Shown here piece by piece: positions 23,616 through 35,706 of a stretch of DNA of 64,000 nt. The notes under the pieces are model-generated. The model searched no databases. It was not told where the DNA came from and was given only the letters and a program-made list of their open reading frames with translations. Each line of letters opens with the position of its first letter. Positions within the stretch are counted from its first letter, which is position 1. Origin of the DNA: Mobula hypostoma (Eukaryota); NCBI RefSeq assembly GCF_963921235.1, contig NC_086108.1:85934001-85998000 (forward strand). The letters run 5' to 3'. The position numbers and the translations under genes are program-made.

Positions 23616-25985
23616 GACAATAGGTGCAGGAGTAGGCCATTTGGCCCTTCGAACCAGCACCATCATTCACTGTGATCATGGCTGATCATCCACTATCAGT
23701 ATCCAGTTCCTGCCTTATCCCCATAACCTTTGATTCCGCTATCTTTAAGAGCTCTATCCATCTCTTTCTTGAAAGCATCCAGAGACTTGGCCTCCACAGC
23801 CTTCTGGGGCAGAGCATTCCATATATCCACCACTCTCTGGGTGAAAAAGTTTTTCCTCAACTCCGTACTAAATGGCCTACCCCTAATTCTTAAACTGTGG
23901 CCTCTGGTTCTGGACTCACCCATCAGCGGGAACATGCTTCCTGCCTGCAGCATGTCTAATCCATTAATAATCTTATATGTTTCAATAAGATCCCCTCTCA
24001 GCCTTCTAAATTCCAGAGTATACAAGCCCAGTCGTTCCAATCTTTCGACATATGACAGTCCCGCCATCCCGGGAATTAACCTTGTGAACCTACGCTGCAC
24101 TCCCTCAATAGCAAGAATGTCCTTCCTCAAATTTGGAGACCAAAACTGCACACAGTACTCCAGGTGTGGTCTCACCAGGGCCCTGTACAGCTGCAGAAGG
24201 ACCTCTTTGCTCTTATACTCAATTCCCCTTGTTATGAAGGCCAGCATGCCATTAGCTTTTTTCACTGCCTGCTGTACTTGCATGCTTGCTTTCAGTGACT
24301 GATGTACAAGAAAACTTAGATCTCATTGTGCTTCCCCTTTTCCTAACTTGACTCTATTTAGATAATAATCTACCTTCCCGTTCTTACCACCAAAGTGGAT
24401 AACCTCACATTTATCCACATTAAACTGCATCTGCCATGCATCTGCCCACTCACCCAGCCTGTCCAAGTCACCCTGCATTCTCATAACATCCTCCTCACAT
24501 TTCACACTGCCTCCCAGCTTTGTGCCATCAGCAAATTTGCTAATGTTACTTTTAATTCCCTCATCTAAATCACTAATATATATTGTAAACAGCTGCAGTC
24601 CCAGCACTGAACCCTGCGGTACCTCACTGGTCACGGCCTGCCATTCCGAAAGAGACCCATTAATCGCTACTCTTTGTTTTCTGGCAGCCAGCCAATTTTC
24701 AATCCATGTCAGTCCTCTGCCCCCAATACAATGTGCCTTAATTTTGCCCACTAATCTCCTATGTGGGACTTTATCAAAGGCTTTCTGAAAGTCCAGGTAC
24801 ACTACATCCACTGGCTCTCCCTTGTCCATTTTCATAGTTACATCCTTAAAAAATTCCAGAAGATTAGTCAAGTATGATTTCCCCTTTGTAAATCCATGCT
24901 GACTCCGACCAATCCTGTTACTACTATCCAGATGTGTCGTAATTTCATCTTTTATAATTGACTCCAGCATCTTTCCCACCACTGACGTCAGGCTAACCGG
25001 TCTATAATTCCCTGTTTTCTCTCTTCCTCCCTTCTTGAAGAGAGAGACAACATTAGCCACCCTCCAAACCACAGGAACTGATCCTGAATCTATAGAACAT
25101 TGGAAAATGATTACCAATGCGTCTACGATTTCTAAAGCCACCTCCTTAAGTACCCTGGGATGCAGACCAGCAGGTCCCGGGGACTTATTAGCCTTCAGAC
25201 CCAACAGCCTATCCAACACCAATTCCTGCCTAATATAAATTTTCATCAATTCATCCATTACCCTAGGTCTTTTGGCCACTATTACATCTGGGAGATTGTT
25301 TGTGTCTTCCCTAGTGAAGACAGATCCAAAGTACCTGTTCAACTTGTCTGCCATTTCCTTGTTCCCCCTAATAAATTCACCCGCTTCTGTCTTCAAGGGC
25401 CCAATTTTGGTCTTAACTATTTTTTTCCTTTTCACATACCTAAAGAAGCTTCTACTATCCTCCTTTATATTCTTGGCTAGTTTACCTTTGTACCTCATTT
25501 TTTCTCCGCGTATTGCCTTTTTAGTTACCTTCTGTTGCTCTTTAAAAGATTCCCAATCCTCCGGCTTCCCACTCGTCTTTGCTATGTTATACTTCTTCTC
25601 TTTTATTTTTATGCTGTCCATTACTTCCCTTGTCAGCCACGGCCTCCCCTTACTCCCCTTAGGATCTTTCTTCCTCTTTGGAACGCATTGATCCTGCACC
25701 TTCCGCATTATTCCCAGAAACACTTGCCATTGCTGTTCCACTGTCATCCCTGCTAGGGTATTGTTCCATTGAACTTTGGCCAGCTCCTCCCTCATAGCAC
25801 CATAATTCCCTTTGTTCAACTGTAATACCGATACTTCCGTGTTTCCCTTCTCCCTCTCAAATTGTAGATTACAACTTATCATATTATGGTCACTACCTCC
25901 TAATAGCTCCTTTACCTTGAGGTCCCTGATCAAATTCGGTTCATTGCTCAACACTAAATCTAGAATTGCGTTCTCTCTGGTAGGC
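23616..25985 (-). mobile_element. CR1 LINE, 5'-truncated, relatively young
   Basis: ORFs 24323..25990 and 23696..24283 are in the same frame, separated by one TGA; FADG instead of FADD; tail (CTATTGT)n. Confidence 0.95.
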
Positions 25986-26224
25986 TCCAAACCATCTTAC
26001 TGAAAATTGTCTCTCTAAGATCCCCCAAGGTCATATGCATTGTCTGAGTAATATTATCCATCCATCGTTGCCTGCATCGTCCTCTCCTTCTTTTGCCTTC
26101 TATTTTACCTAACATGAGTGTCTTCGCTAAGGAATCCTGTCTTCTCATGATGTGGCCAAAATATTTGACCTTTTGTCTCATAATTAAGCCTTCTAGTGAG
26201 CAGTCTTGCTGTATTTCTTCAATT
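25986..26224 (-). mobile_element. BovB-type RTE ORF C-terminal fragment
   Basis: CSLEGLIMRQKVKYFGHIMRRQDSLAKTLMLGKIEGKRRRGRCRQRWMD; joins in frame to 23537-23614. Confidence 0.9.
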
Positions 26225-27034
26225 ATATTCGACTTTAAATATAGAGATAAAATTGTATTCCACATACATTCTCACCAAAACTCTATAAAGTTGAACCTAC
26301 ACTTCTTTATATTTATTCCCTCTACCCTATGCAGGAAATTTTTACTTGCCACTTTATTAAATCCATTCTGGAAATTGAAATACACATTATCTCAAATTTC
26401 CCTTTTATCCACTGTGTAACACCCTCAATCAATATTTGCAAATATGTCAAATATAATTTCTTTGTTATGAAACATGTTGACTTTACTTGATTGTTTTAAT
26501 TCTTCCAAATATCCTGTTATTGCTTCCTTAATGTCAATTCTACCATTTTGCCAGTGACAGATGTTAGGCTAAATAGACTTTTGTTCTTGTTTCTCTTTTG
26601 TTATGTGTTTGGCACTGTGTTTGTGATTTCCCAACCTCTTTGGGGCCTCTTTAAAAACTCTGATAGATTATGACCAACATTTCCACTATCTATGCAGCCA
26701 CTACCTTTAAAATTGCAGGATGCAGGCCATCAAGTTCAGGAGAATTGTTGGCATTTAACCCTTTAGTTTGATGGACACACCTCCTAAGCAATAGAGTCTG
26801 AAGTTTGTCCTTCACTTATTTCTGTCACACATGATTCATTCTTCACATAGAATCTTTCCTTCTCACAGGAATATATCTTTGCTAAGATTTAGGAAATATC
26901 TCCTTAAGTGATATCTCCTTAACTGATATACTGCTCCTACCCTTAAGTCAATTTTTTTCCAAGTCCACCAGCCAACTCTGACCTCATGGCATTGTAGTGG
27001 TCTTAATTTAAATTTGGAGATTAACTTCAGGTAC

Positions 27035-28350
27035 AAGTAAAAACTAAACTGCTGGAGGAACTCAATGCATCAAGTAGCATGTGGGAGGGAGAGAGGAATT
27101 ATTCATGTTTTAGTTGAGATCCTGCTTCAGGGCTGAGAGGGAAGAAAGCTGGTATAGACGGGAGAGAGAGAGAGGAATGAGACATGGACAAATAAGTGAT
27201 ACACAGACTGAGGAGGGGTGAAGGATGACTGGCAGGTCAAGCGGGGGGAGTGGTGGAATTGGGAGGCAGAAGTGGATCAGTGATAAGTGGAAGCAGATAA
27301 AAAGACGGATGGGGGAGGTAGGTGGAGGGGAAAGGAGGGTGGAGACAAAGCTGGAGAATGGACAATTGACTACAAACTGATTCGTAAAGAAGCTGATAAT
27401 GGGAAGAATGAAGAACAAGTTGAAAGACAGGATGGGGAGGGTATCTTGTGGAGGAAGTCTGTGGCTAGTAGGTGGATATAAAAATATGGGAAGGATTAAA
27501 AGGGGTACTGGGGTGAAGAAGTGGGGAACAAAAATGGAAAGAAGGGAGGTGGACTAGAAGGTGAGATAGAGGGGGCCACAAAACATAAAGATTACATGAA
27601 ATTGGAAATTACAATGCTCATGCATTGTATACTACCCAGGTGGAATATTGTTCTTCTATAGATGCAATTCATTTTTGGTTCCATATTTCAGAACCTACAG
27701 TCTCTTATGTCTCCAGCTTCAGTCCCAAGCTTCTCACCCTCAAGCTGATCTGAGGTTCAGCCATATCATGACCACTCTTTTCTGGGAGATCAAGTGTAGA
27801 CTAGACCATTTTGCAGCGCATCTACACTGTGTTGGCATCAGCCATCTTGAGCACCCAGCTGCATGTCATTTGAACCCTCCTTCCCATTCCCACGTTGACC
27901 TGCCTTCTTCAGCTTTCTTCCCCGCCATGGTGAGGCCAAGTCCGGAAAACAAAACTCTGCGCTCTACTTGGATAGCTTGCAATCCAATGATAAGAATATT
28001 GCATTTCCTAATTTCAGGTAACCCACGTCCCCTTTCCCTCTTATCTCAACCCCACCAGAACACCAAGGACACTTACCCTGCCTTTGTTCAGGTTTTCCAT
28101 TCCTTGCTGCCCCAAATGACTCTACTTGTCTATCTTTCCCCTTGACTTATTCTACCTATTATCAGCAGCTCTTGCTCAGTTACTCCTCTACACTTCTATC
28201 GGTATTTGCCATCTTTGCTCTTTACTCCACTCTGCTCTCCAGTCTTGTTGCAAGATTTCAATCCTTTGTACTCAACATATGCTATTTGAGTACTGAATTC
28301 TTCCATTATTTCATACTTTGCTCCAGATTCAAGCATCTGCAGTCTCTTGT
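27035..28350. mobile_element. Penelope-like element: two diverging 3' ends with a GIY-YIG remnant
   Basis: Plus-strand WEIKCRLDHFAAHL..PAACHLNPPSHSH and ..SNFR* (27770-28021); an inverted 3' end on the minus strand at 27035-27650. Confidence 0.75.
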
Positions 28351-28359
28351 TTCACCAGA

Positions 28360-28757
28360 TCATGTTATTAATCCAATCTTATGCATAATATCAGATCTAA
28401 AATAGCCTGCTACCTGGTTGCTTCACTCAGCGAACTCATTCTCCAGGTTACTCTTGGTAATTTGATTTTTACCATTTAACTGATTAAAATCACCCATTAT
28501 TATTGTAATATCTATTTTTACCAGCCCATTATTTCTGAACGATACCCTGTCCTACAGTTTAGCCATCATTAGGAGACCTATATAATACTCCAACCAGTGA
28601 CTTTTAATCGCAGCTATCCCTTATCTCCATCAGATCTGATTTTATATCTTCAGCCTTTCAGCCAATGTCATTCTGCACCATTCTTTAATAACAATTCCAC
28701 ACTTCCTCTTTTCCCTTTTTACCTATCCTTCGGGAAAATTAAATACCCTACAATATT
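28360..28757 (-). mobile_element. Old CR1 endonuclease fragment
   Basis: Minus strand IIMGDFN at about 28483-28503. Confidence 0.6.
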
Positions 28758-28759
28758 CT

Positions 28760-29069
28760 CCAGAACGAGGGGTCACAGTTTGAGGATAGAGGGGAAGCCT
28801 TTTAGGACCGAGATTAGGAAAAACTTCTTCACACAGAGAGTGGTGAATCTGTGGAATTCTCTGCCACAGCAAACTGTTGAGGCCAGTTCATTAGCTATGT
28901 TTAAAAGGAAGTTAGATATGGCCCTTGTGGCTACAGGGGTCAGGGGGTATGGAGGGAAGGCTGGGTTCTGAGTTGGATGATCAGCCATGATCATAATAAA
29001 TGGCGGTGCAGGCTCGAAGGGCCGAATGGCCTACTCCTGCACCTATTTTCTATGTTTCTATGTTTCTAT
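28760..29069 (+). mobile_element. CR1 3' fragment, same subfamily as 1-597
   Basis: Closely matches 281-597, including the (TTCTATGT)n tail. Confidence 0.93.
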
Positions 29070-29149
29070 ATTACTTACTTAGCCTTGATGACATTGCAAC
29101 CATGGCTATCACAGTATATCCATTTGTGTTGTCAATTCACCTATCATTT

Positions 29150-29790
29150 TCAATAGGTTTCAATAGATATATTTAATGTCAGAGAAATGTATACAATATA
29201 CATCCTGAAATTATTTTTATTCGCAAACATCCATGAAAACAGAGGAGTGCCCCAAAGATTGAATGACAGTTAAATGTTAGATTCCTAAAGTTGCCCCCAG
29301 TACCCCCCTCCCACGCAGAAGCAGCAGCAAGGCAATGACCCCCTCCCCCAACAGCTAAAAATCATTGTGCCCCCTACTGAGCACTCAAGCATGGAGCAAG
29401 ACATCAATAAAGACACAGACCTGCAGTACCCCAAAGACTATCCGTTTGCCCGGTAATTCAGCATACCCCAGGCTCTCTCTCTCTCCCGAGTAAGGGGAAA
29501 AGAGATGTTCCCGTTTCACAGTGAGAGAGGAAACATAACAAACAACTCACTGCTTTATGGTGTCAAAAGTCTGCTGTGTCGCTTTTTCCAAGCTCTGCAC
29601 CCAGAGTTGGCCCCAGAAAAGCTCAGGTCTCTGGACACAGAATCTGTGGCAGCTAACCCGCTGCTCCCGATGCTCTGTGCTCTCCCGCAATGCCTCAGTC
29701 AGGGGCACTGGCCTTGAATCAGCCCGTCTCCAGAGCCACGAAAATCTGGCACCCTGAAGACGCAGTAGTCTTGCAGGCCTGCATTTTATG
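29150..29790 (-). mobile_element. Unclassified non-coding short retroelement
   Basis: Short tandem tail (TTTCAATAG)2; 3' region resembles the element at 59822-61618. Confidence 0.5.
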
Positions 29791-31479
29791 AAAGCTGCTC
29801 ACATTCAGATAAGTGCCTTTAATATTATCTTGTAATTTTTGTTCTTGATCTGAACTATATTCTGTATGCTTAGCCTCTTCCCAATACACTCTGAATATTG
29901 CCATTCATGATATCGCTCTGCATTACTGCCTCTCTCTTTCTTTTTGTCTTCCTCAACACCTCTTCATTCAAGCTCCTAACCTTCCATTTCTAGTGCTACC
30001 GGTCTTTTCTTGAATAACTTCATTTAGCCAGCGGTTTAATGACATTTGTTGTGTTTTCATGTGTAAAAGATAAGACAGCAATAAGATTTTATCTTTTTTT
30101 GGTCAAGGATAGTCAGAGTTGATAGGTCTGGAGTGAATGTGAAACTTAAGTATAAATCAACTATGTTCTATTTGAATAGGGGTACTTGCTGAAGGTGTTT
30201 AATGGCTGACTTGTTGCTTCTGAATTCAATATGAATTACACCACTGATAGTGATGAAAATCAAAAGCATGGGCATAAGCACAGATTCTTTAACTTCATGC
30301 CCACTCTGCTGCTTTTGTTAAATGATAATCAATTTGTGTACCTCAACATTGGGGAAAAAACAGTTTCATCTAGTATATCTCTCCTGTGTCTTGGTGGAGC
30401 AACCTATTTCCAGATTGGCATGGAATTCTAAATATAATATGATACCAAGCACTGCAGAGCCTCATGAGTTATGAAATTGCAAGAAATCAAATGAGCAGCT
30501 TGGCAACTGAGGGATGTTGTTGAGGCTAGCATCAGTGTGGAGATTTTTGGCAAGGTGGATTTGGAGGCAAATTAATAGAAACTGAATGTATCCAGGCCAA
30601 ATTCAGTGGATTTTAGTTATTCCTTTAACAAACTTTTATTAGGCTGCTGAATATAAGTAAAAAAATAGACTCAGAGGTGTATGATGAATCTTTTGTCCAA
30701 TTATATCATCTGCCCCGATTACAATCCCACAGTTTGTGCACAATGCCAATTTGGATGCCTAAGTAGCCAACCTGTTTATTTTTTTTTTAGCTTGGCAGTC
30801 TCCAGCTTATTTATAAACCCACTCAAATATTGTATTAGGTGGACCTCCTATGTACTTGGGACAGCCCAATTGTTTCCTCCTGCTGATTGTCAGTTATCAG
30901 CTGGCCAGCTTCCAGCTGAGAAATGAATCACTGGCAATTATAAATGCCCACTAGAATCTGCAAAACAGCTGGACTCTACTCTGCCTGTCATCATTGCACC
31001 AAGATTCTGAAAATGCTCTTTGCTTTCGTTTCACTGCTTTGTCATAAATTAGAAATCAATGAACAACAATCCATAATTTATTTTGTTCTCTTTAAAAATA
31101 TTTTCAACATACATCTTGTCCTTTCTCCTTCCATATGATATCACAATTTTAAATAAGAGGAGCTCATTCATTTAGTTTAAACTTGGTAACAATTCATCTA
31201 CAGGAGGAGTATGAGTTTTTTTAACTCATATAAAATTTAAGATTGTAATATTTAATTCTCTACACGTAGAACTATTTACATACCATGGACTGGTCAATTC
31301 TTGCATGTATCATCCCATAAGCGATTCCTCTGAATTAGTCTTTTCTATCACTTAGTAGGGAATGATGTCAGACTAGAAAATTATTCTTTGAACATGCTGT
31401 CACTTCATAAATCCAAGTGCATCTTTTCCTGAACTCCTTGCTTGAGATATCCCAGTAGGGATTCATCCAATATACTGAA

Positions 31480-32340
31480 ACAAGACTCACCAAAATCACA
31501 ACTGACATCAAGTTAATTGTTACCAGGACAAGCGCTCCCTGCTTGTCCTACCAGTAGCCATTACCTCTGATGTGCTCTGCGAACTGCATGATGGCCTTTT
31601 CATAATTATCCAGCTGAGTGGGATTGCATTTGCCTGGTTCTATTCTTACCTACCCACCATTAGCACTTGAATTATCTGCAATGGATTCTCTTTTACTCCT
31701 ACACCGTGGCCTCTTGCCTTCCCAAGATTTTACCCTTGCCTCTCTCCCATTTATCATTTATGTGCTGCCTCTCAATAACATCATCTGTTTAAAGGTCTGC
31801 TGATGATAATGAACTCACCATTACATCTTTAAATCTGTCTTGACCCCATCATTCTCTCTAAATTGTCAGACATACTTATCCAACATCATACACTGAATGA
31901 CAGAAATTTCTTCCAAATAACTACGGGAAGACCCAAAACAATGTTAAAGCTAAAAACTTCATCCCTTCCACTGGCAACAACTAAGTGTGATTACCTCAGC
32001 GCTGATCTTAAGGTGTTGGCAGTCACATATCTGCACTGTGTCTATTTCCGCAGCCGTATTTTATTTCCTTGGACTGCCTTCCCCAGCAAAATTCTTGCCT
32101 GAAACCTTCGTCCATGGCTTCTCCATCTCCAGACATTACTTTTCTTCATCACCATCTTAGTGTCAATCTTCTGCTGATTAGGAAGTCTATTAATACTCCA
32201 CATTCATGTCCTAAATTGTACCGTTACTTAAATGTGCACATGTTAATTGGTGATAAAACAACACTTCCAATCTGACACCCATATTCTTGTTTTAAATCTC
32301 CTCAGGGTGTCAGTTTTCCCTCTTTTTGCAAGGCCGTCCA
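31480..32340 (+). mobile_element. Ancient L2 LINE RT remnant
   Basis: Degenerate LTKITTDI, IAFAWFYSYL, FIIYVLPL and ADD motifs in collinear order. Confidence 0.65.
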
Positions 32341-32349
32341 GCTTCCCGC

Positions 32350-32505
32350 GGGCACATTAGTGATTAGCACAACGCTATTACCACTCGGGACTCTCTGCAG
32401 TCAGAGTTCAGTTCCAGCGTTTTTCTGAAAGGAGTCTGTACATTCTCCCTATGGATTGCATGGCTTTACTCCGTGTGCTCCTGTTTCCTCCCACAGTCCA
32501 AAGAT
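32350..32505 (+). mobile_element. V-SINE 5' half
   Basis: GTGCTCCTGTTTCCTCCCACAGTCCAAAGA; truncated at the Gypsy junction. Confidence 0.7.
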
Positions 32506-35115
32506 ATTCCGGAGATGTCCAAAGATCACGCAGCAGCCACACAAACAGGAGGTTTTGCACTTCAATCTCATACATTTGGTGGTGCCAGAGATTGGCTTCC
32601 TGAGGCTTACGCAGCCCTCCGCATAGTCCATCCCCTTCGAGGATCCACCTCCCAAGGATCGAAGACATGCTGGTGCGAAGTGGTTCAGTGTGCTGGACTT
32701 GAGGAGTGGATATTACCAGATCCCCACGAGTGAGGCTGGGAAACAGAAGACGGCACTTATATGTCCACTGGGATTCTTCCAGTTCGAAAGGATGCCCCAG
32801 GGCATATTGGGACCCCCTGCAGCCTTCCAGAATGTCATGGAGAAAACAGTGGGGCATATGAACTTGCTTGAGGTATTGGTTTATCAGGATGACCTCATAG
32901 TGTTTGGGTCCACCTTGGAGGAACAAGGTTACTGAAGGTGCTGGGTCTCCTGAAAGCTGAAGGGTTAAAACTTTCCTTGGACAAGTGCTAGTTCTGCAAG
33001 ACATCTGTCAGTTATGACGAGCACACAGTCTCAAGGATGGAGTAGCTACAGATCTGTCTGAGATCGAGACAGTGACCACATGGCCAAGACCCCAGACCAT
33101 GAGCACTTTGCACTCGTTCCTTAGGTTCTGTGGTTACTATTGGAGATTCGTGAAGGGCTATGCGAAAGTGAGTCACCCTTTAAATCAGCTTCTGTGTGGT
33201 TGCCCTCCCTTGGGGAAGAGAGGGAGGAGGACAAAAGGAGGGTAAAGAGTATCTTAGCCCTTTGGAGCCTTTAGGACTGAGGTGGAATGCGAAATATGAA
33301 GAGGCCTTTCAGTCGCTGAAGGAGATGCTGATCCAGGCGCCTCTGCTGGCTTTTGCAAACCCCTGATTGCAGTATATACTGCATACAGTGCCAGCAGAGA
33401 GGGCTTAGGAGGTGTCCTGTATCAGGATCAGGGCACCGGGTTGAGACGTGGTGCATTTGTCAGCCGGAGTCTGTTGCCCTCTGAGAAAAACTATCCCACA
33501 CACAAGTTGGAATTTCTGGCATGGTGGATAAGTTGAGTTACTACCTCTATGGTGCCAAGTTTGAGGTGAGGACTGACAACAATCACCTAACTTATATCCT
33601 GACCTCGGCAAAACTGGATGCCACAGGCCAACGGTGGTTGGCAGTGTTGTCTGCCTATGATGTCAGCCTGAAGTATCAGCTGCGAAGTAGGAACATTGAT
33701 GTTGATGCTTTGTCCCGATGTGTGCATGAAGGACTGGATAGGGACGAAGAGTGGAAGACCGTTCCTGCCCGGGAGTGAAAGCCATGTGTCAGTTTGCCAT
33801 CACGGTGAAGGCAGATCAAAGGCAAGGGTAGCATCGAGTGGTAGATCAATTGGGAGCTTCTGATGACACCATTCCACCAGTTTACTGTAACCTGACTACT
33901 CTGAAGACAAACCAGTTACCGGAATTGAGTCCTGGGGAAGTGGCAGCTGCTGAGTGAGATGACTCGGGCATCGGTATCATTTAGTCAGCGGTTGAAATGG
34001 GAACATGGCCCAAGTGGAGAAGACGAAACATGCTGCGGTACCTCCATTACTGGGAGAATGGCCCAGATTGGAGTTGAGGAACCAGATCCTATACTGGGTC
34101 ACGTCGCCTCTGGACCGACCTCGATGTTCCCAGCTGGTTCTGCCTGATAAGTATCGGAGGATTGCGTTGAAGTCACTTCTGGACATTTGGGGGTTGAAGA
34201 GACCTATGGATTGCTCAGAGATCGGTTTTACTGGCCCCGAATGAAGCCGGAGGTTGAAGAATACTACAAGTCGTGCATTCGATGCATATGGAGGAAGATG
34301 CTGCCTACGAGGGCAGCTCCGTTGTCCCACTTGCAGAGTGCAGGACCCCTTGACCTGGTGTGTATAGATTTCCTGTCAATAGAGCCAGATGCCAGCAACA
34401 TGGCGAATGTCTTAGTCATCACAGATCACTACACCAGATCTGCGCAAGCTTTCCCTCCCAAGGATCAGAGGGCATCCATGGTGGCCAAAGTGTTATGGGA
34501 GAAGTATTTCATTTGTTATGGTCTCCCCAGGGGGATACACAGTGATCAGGGATGGGATTTCGAGAGTAGGCTCATACATGAGTTACTGAGCATGCTTGGA
34601 GTCGAGAAGTCGAAGACTACTCCTTATCACCCACAGGGTGGTCCCCAGCCAGAGAGGTTTAATCGGAGCTTGCTAGACATGCTCGGAACCTTGGAAATCA
34701 GCGAGAACAACAAATTGAGTCAACATATTGGACATCTGGTCCACTGCTACAATTATACACAAAAGGAAGCTACCGGGTACTCGCCATATTATCTGATGTT
34801 TGGGTGCGAGGTGAGGTTGCACATCAACCTTTGTTTTGGGACTGGCGGGGAAGACCTACCTTCGAAGATTTATCTGAATTATGTGTCCGATATGAGAAGG
34901 GAGCTGAAAAAGGCTTATGAATTAGTTGAGGTCATGGCTGCCAAGCAGAATCAAGGAAATAAGAGGAGGTATGATCAAAAGGTTAGGTTCACCCAACTCA
35001 TGCCAGGAGACCGAGTCCTCATAAGGAATTTGGGGCTACCTGGGAAGCATAAGTTAGCTGACTACTAGGTGGCATTTCCCTCTGTAGCGTAGAGTCAGAC
35101 GCCAAATGTACCATT
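32506..35115 (+). mobile_element. Gypsy pol fragment (RT, RNase H, integrase), decayed, no LTRs
   Basis: LDLRSGYYQI, RMPQG, YQDDLIVF, VRTDNN..LDATGQRW, then integrase; Gypsy domain order. Confidence 0.92.
34187..35068 (+). pseudogene. Gypsy integrase core, open 293 codons
   Basis: CIDF, HSDQG and PERFNR give D-D(35)-E; the HHCC start is frameshifted. Confidence 0.88.
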
Positions 35116-35139
35116 TGTTACCAGCCAACAAAGTACCCA

Positions 35140-35530
35140 GGACATCTTTAGTGAGCGGTGTCCCAGAAAGGGAGCGCCCATTATTAAGGACCTCCAGCAC
35201 CCAGGGCATGCCCTTTTCTCACTGTTACCATCAGGTAGGAGGTACAGAAGCCTGAAGGCACACATTCAACGATTCAGGAACAGCTTCTTCCCCTCTGTCA
35301 TCCGATTCCTAAATGGATATTGAATCTTTGGACACTACCTCACCTTTTTTTAATATATAGTATTTCTGTTTTTGCACTTTTTAAAAAATCTATTCAATAT
35401 ACATAATTGGATTTACTTGTTTATTTATTATTATTATTTTTTCCTCTCTGCTAGATTATGTATTGCATTGAACTGCTGCTGCTAAGTTAACAAATTTCAT
35501 GTCACATGCGAGTGAAAATAAACCTGATTG
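35140..35530 (+). mobile_element. Rex1/Babar LINE 3' fragment
   Basis: IIKDLQHPGHALFSLLPSGRRYRSL..RFRNSFFP; tail AATAAACCTGATT. Confidence 0.85.
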
Positions 35531-35706
35531 TCAAATGTATAATGCTTTATGTTAAAGGTTCCATAGAGGTAGCTTTATTGTTGTTCTTAAACATCTTGGA
35601 AAGAGAGATACCAAAGGATGCAAGCTCATGTCAGGAATTCTTGAAAATAATCAAAGGTATAGCCATTCTTTCTTTATCTATTCATGGGATGTGGATTATG
35701 TTGCCA

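Larger units (their letters stand above)
23088..26780 (-). mobile_element. Old CR1 host containing BovB and a younger CR1
   Basis: Degenerate CR1 at 23088-23536 resumes collinearly at 26225. Confidence 0.65.

Noticed and set aside
23730..25756. Plus-strand ORFs of 67-190 aa (also 2345-2932, 48679-49077, 62755-63177)
   Set aside because: Antisense shadows of CR1 or Gypsy coding sequence.
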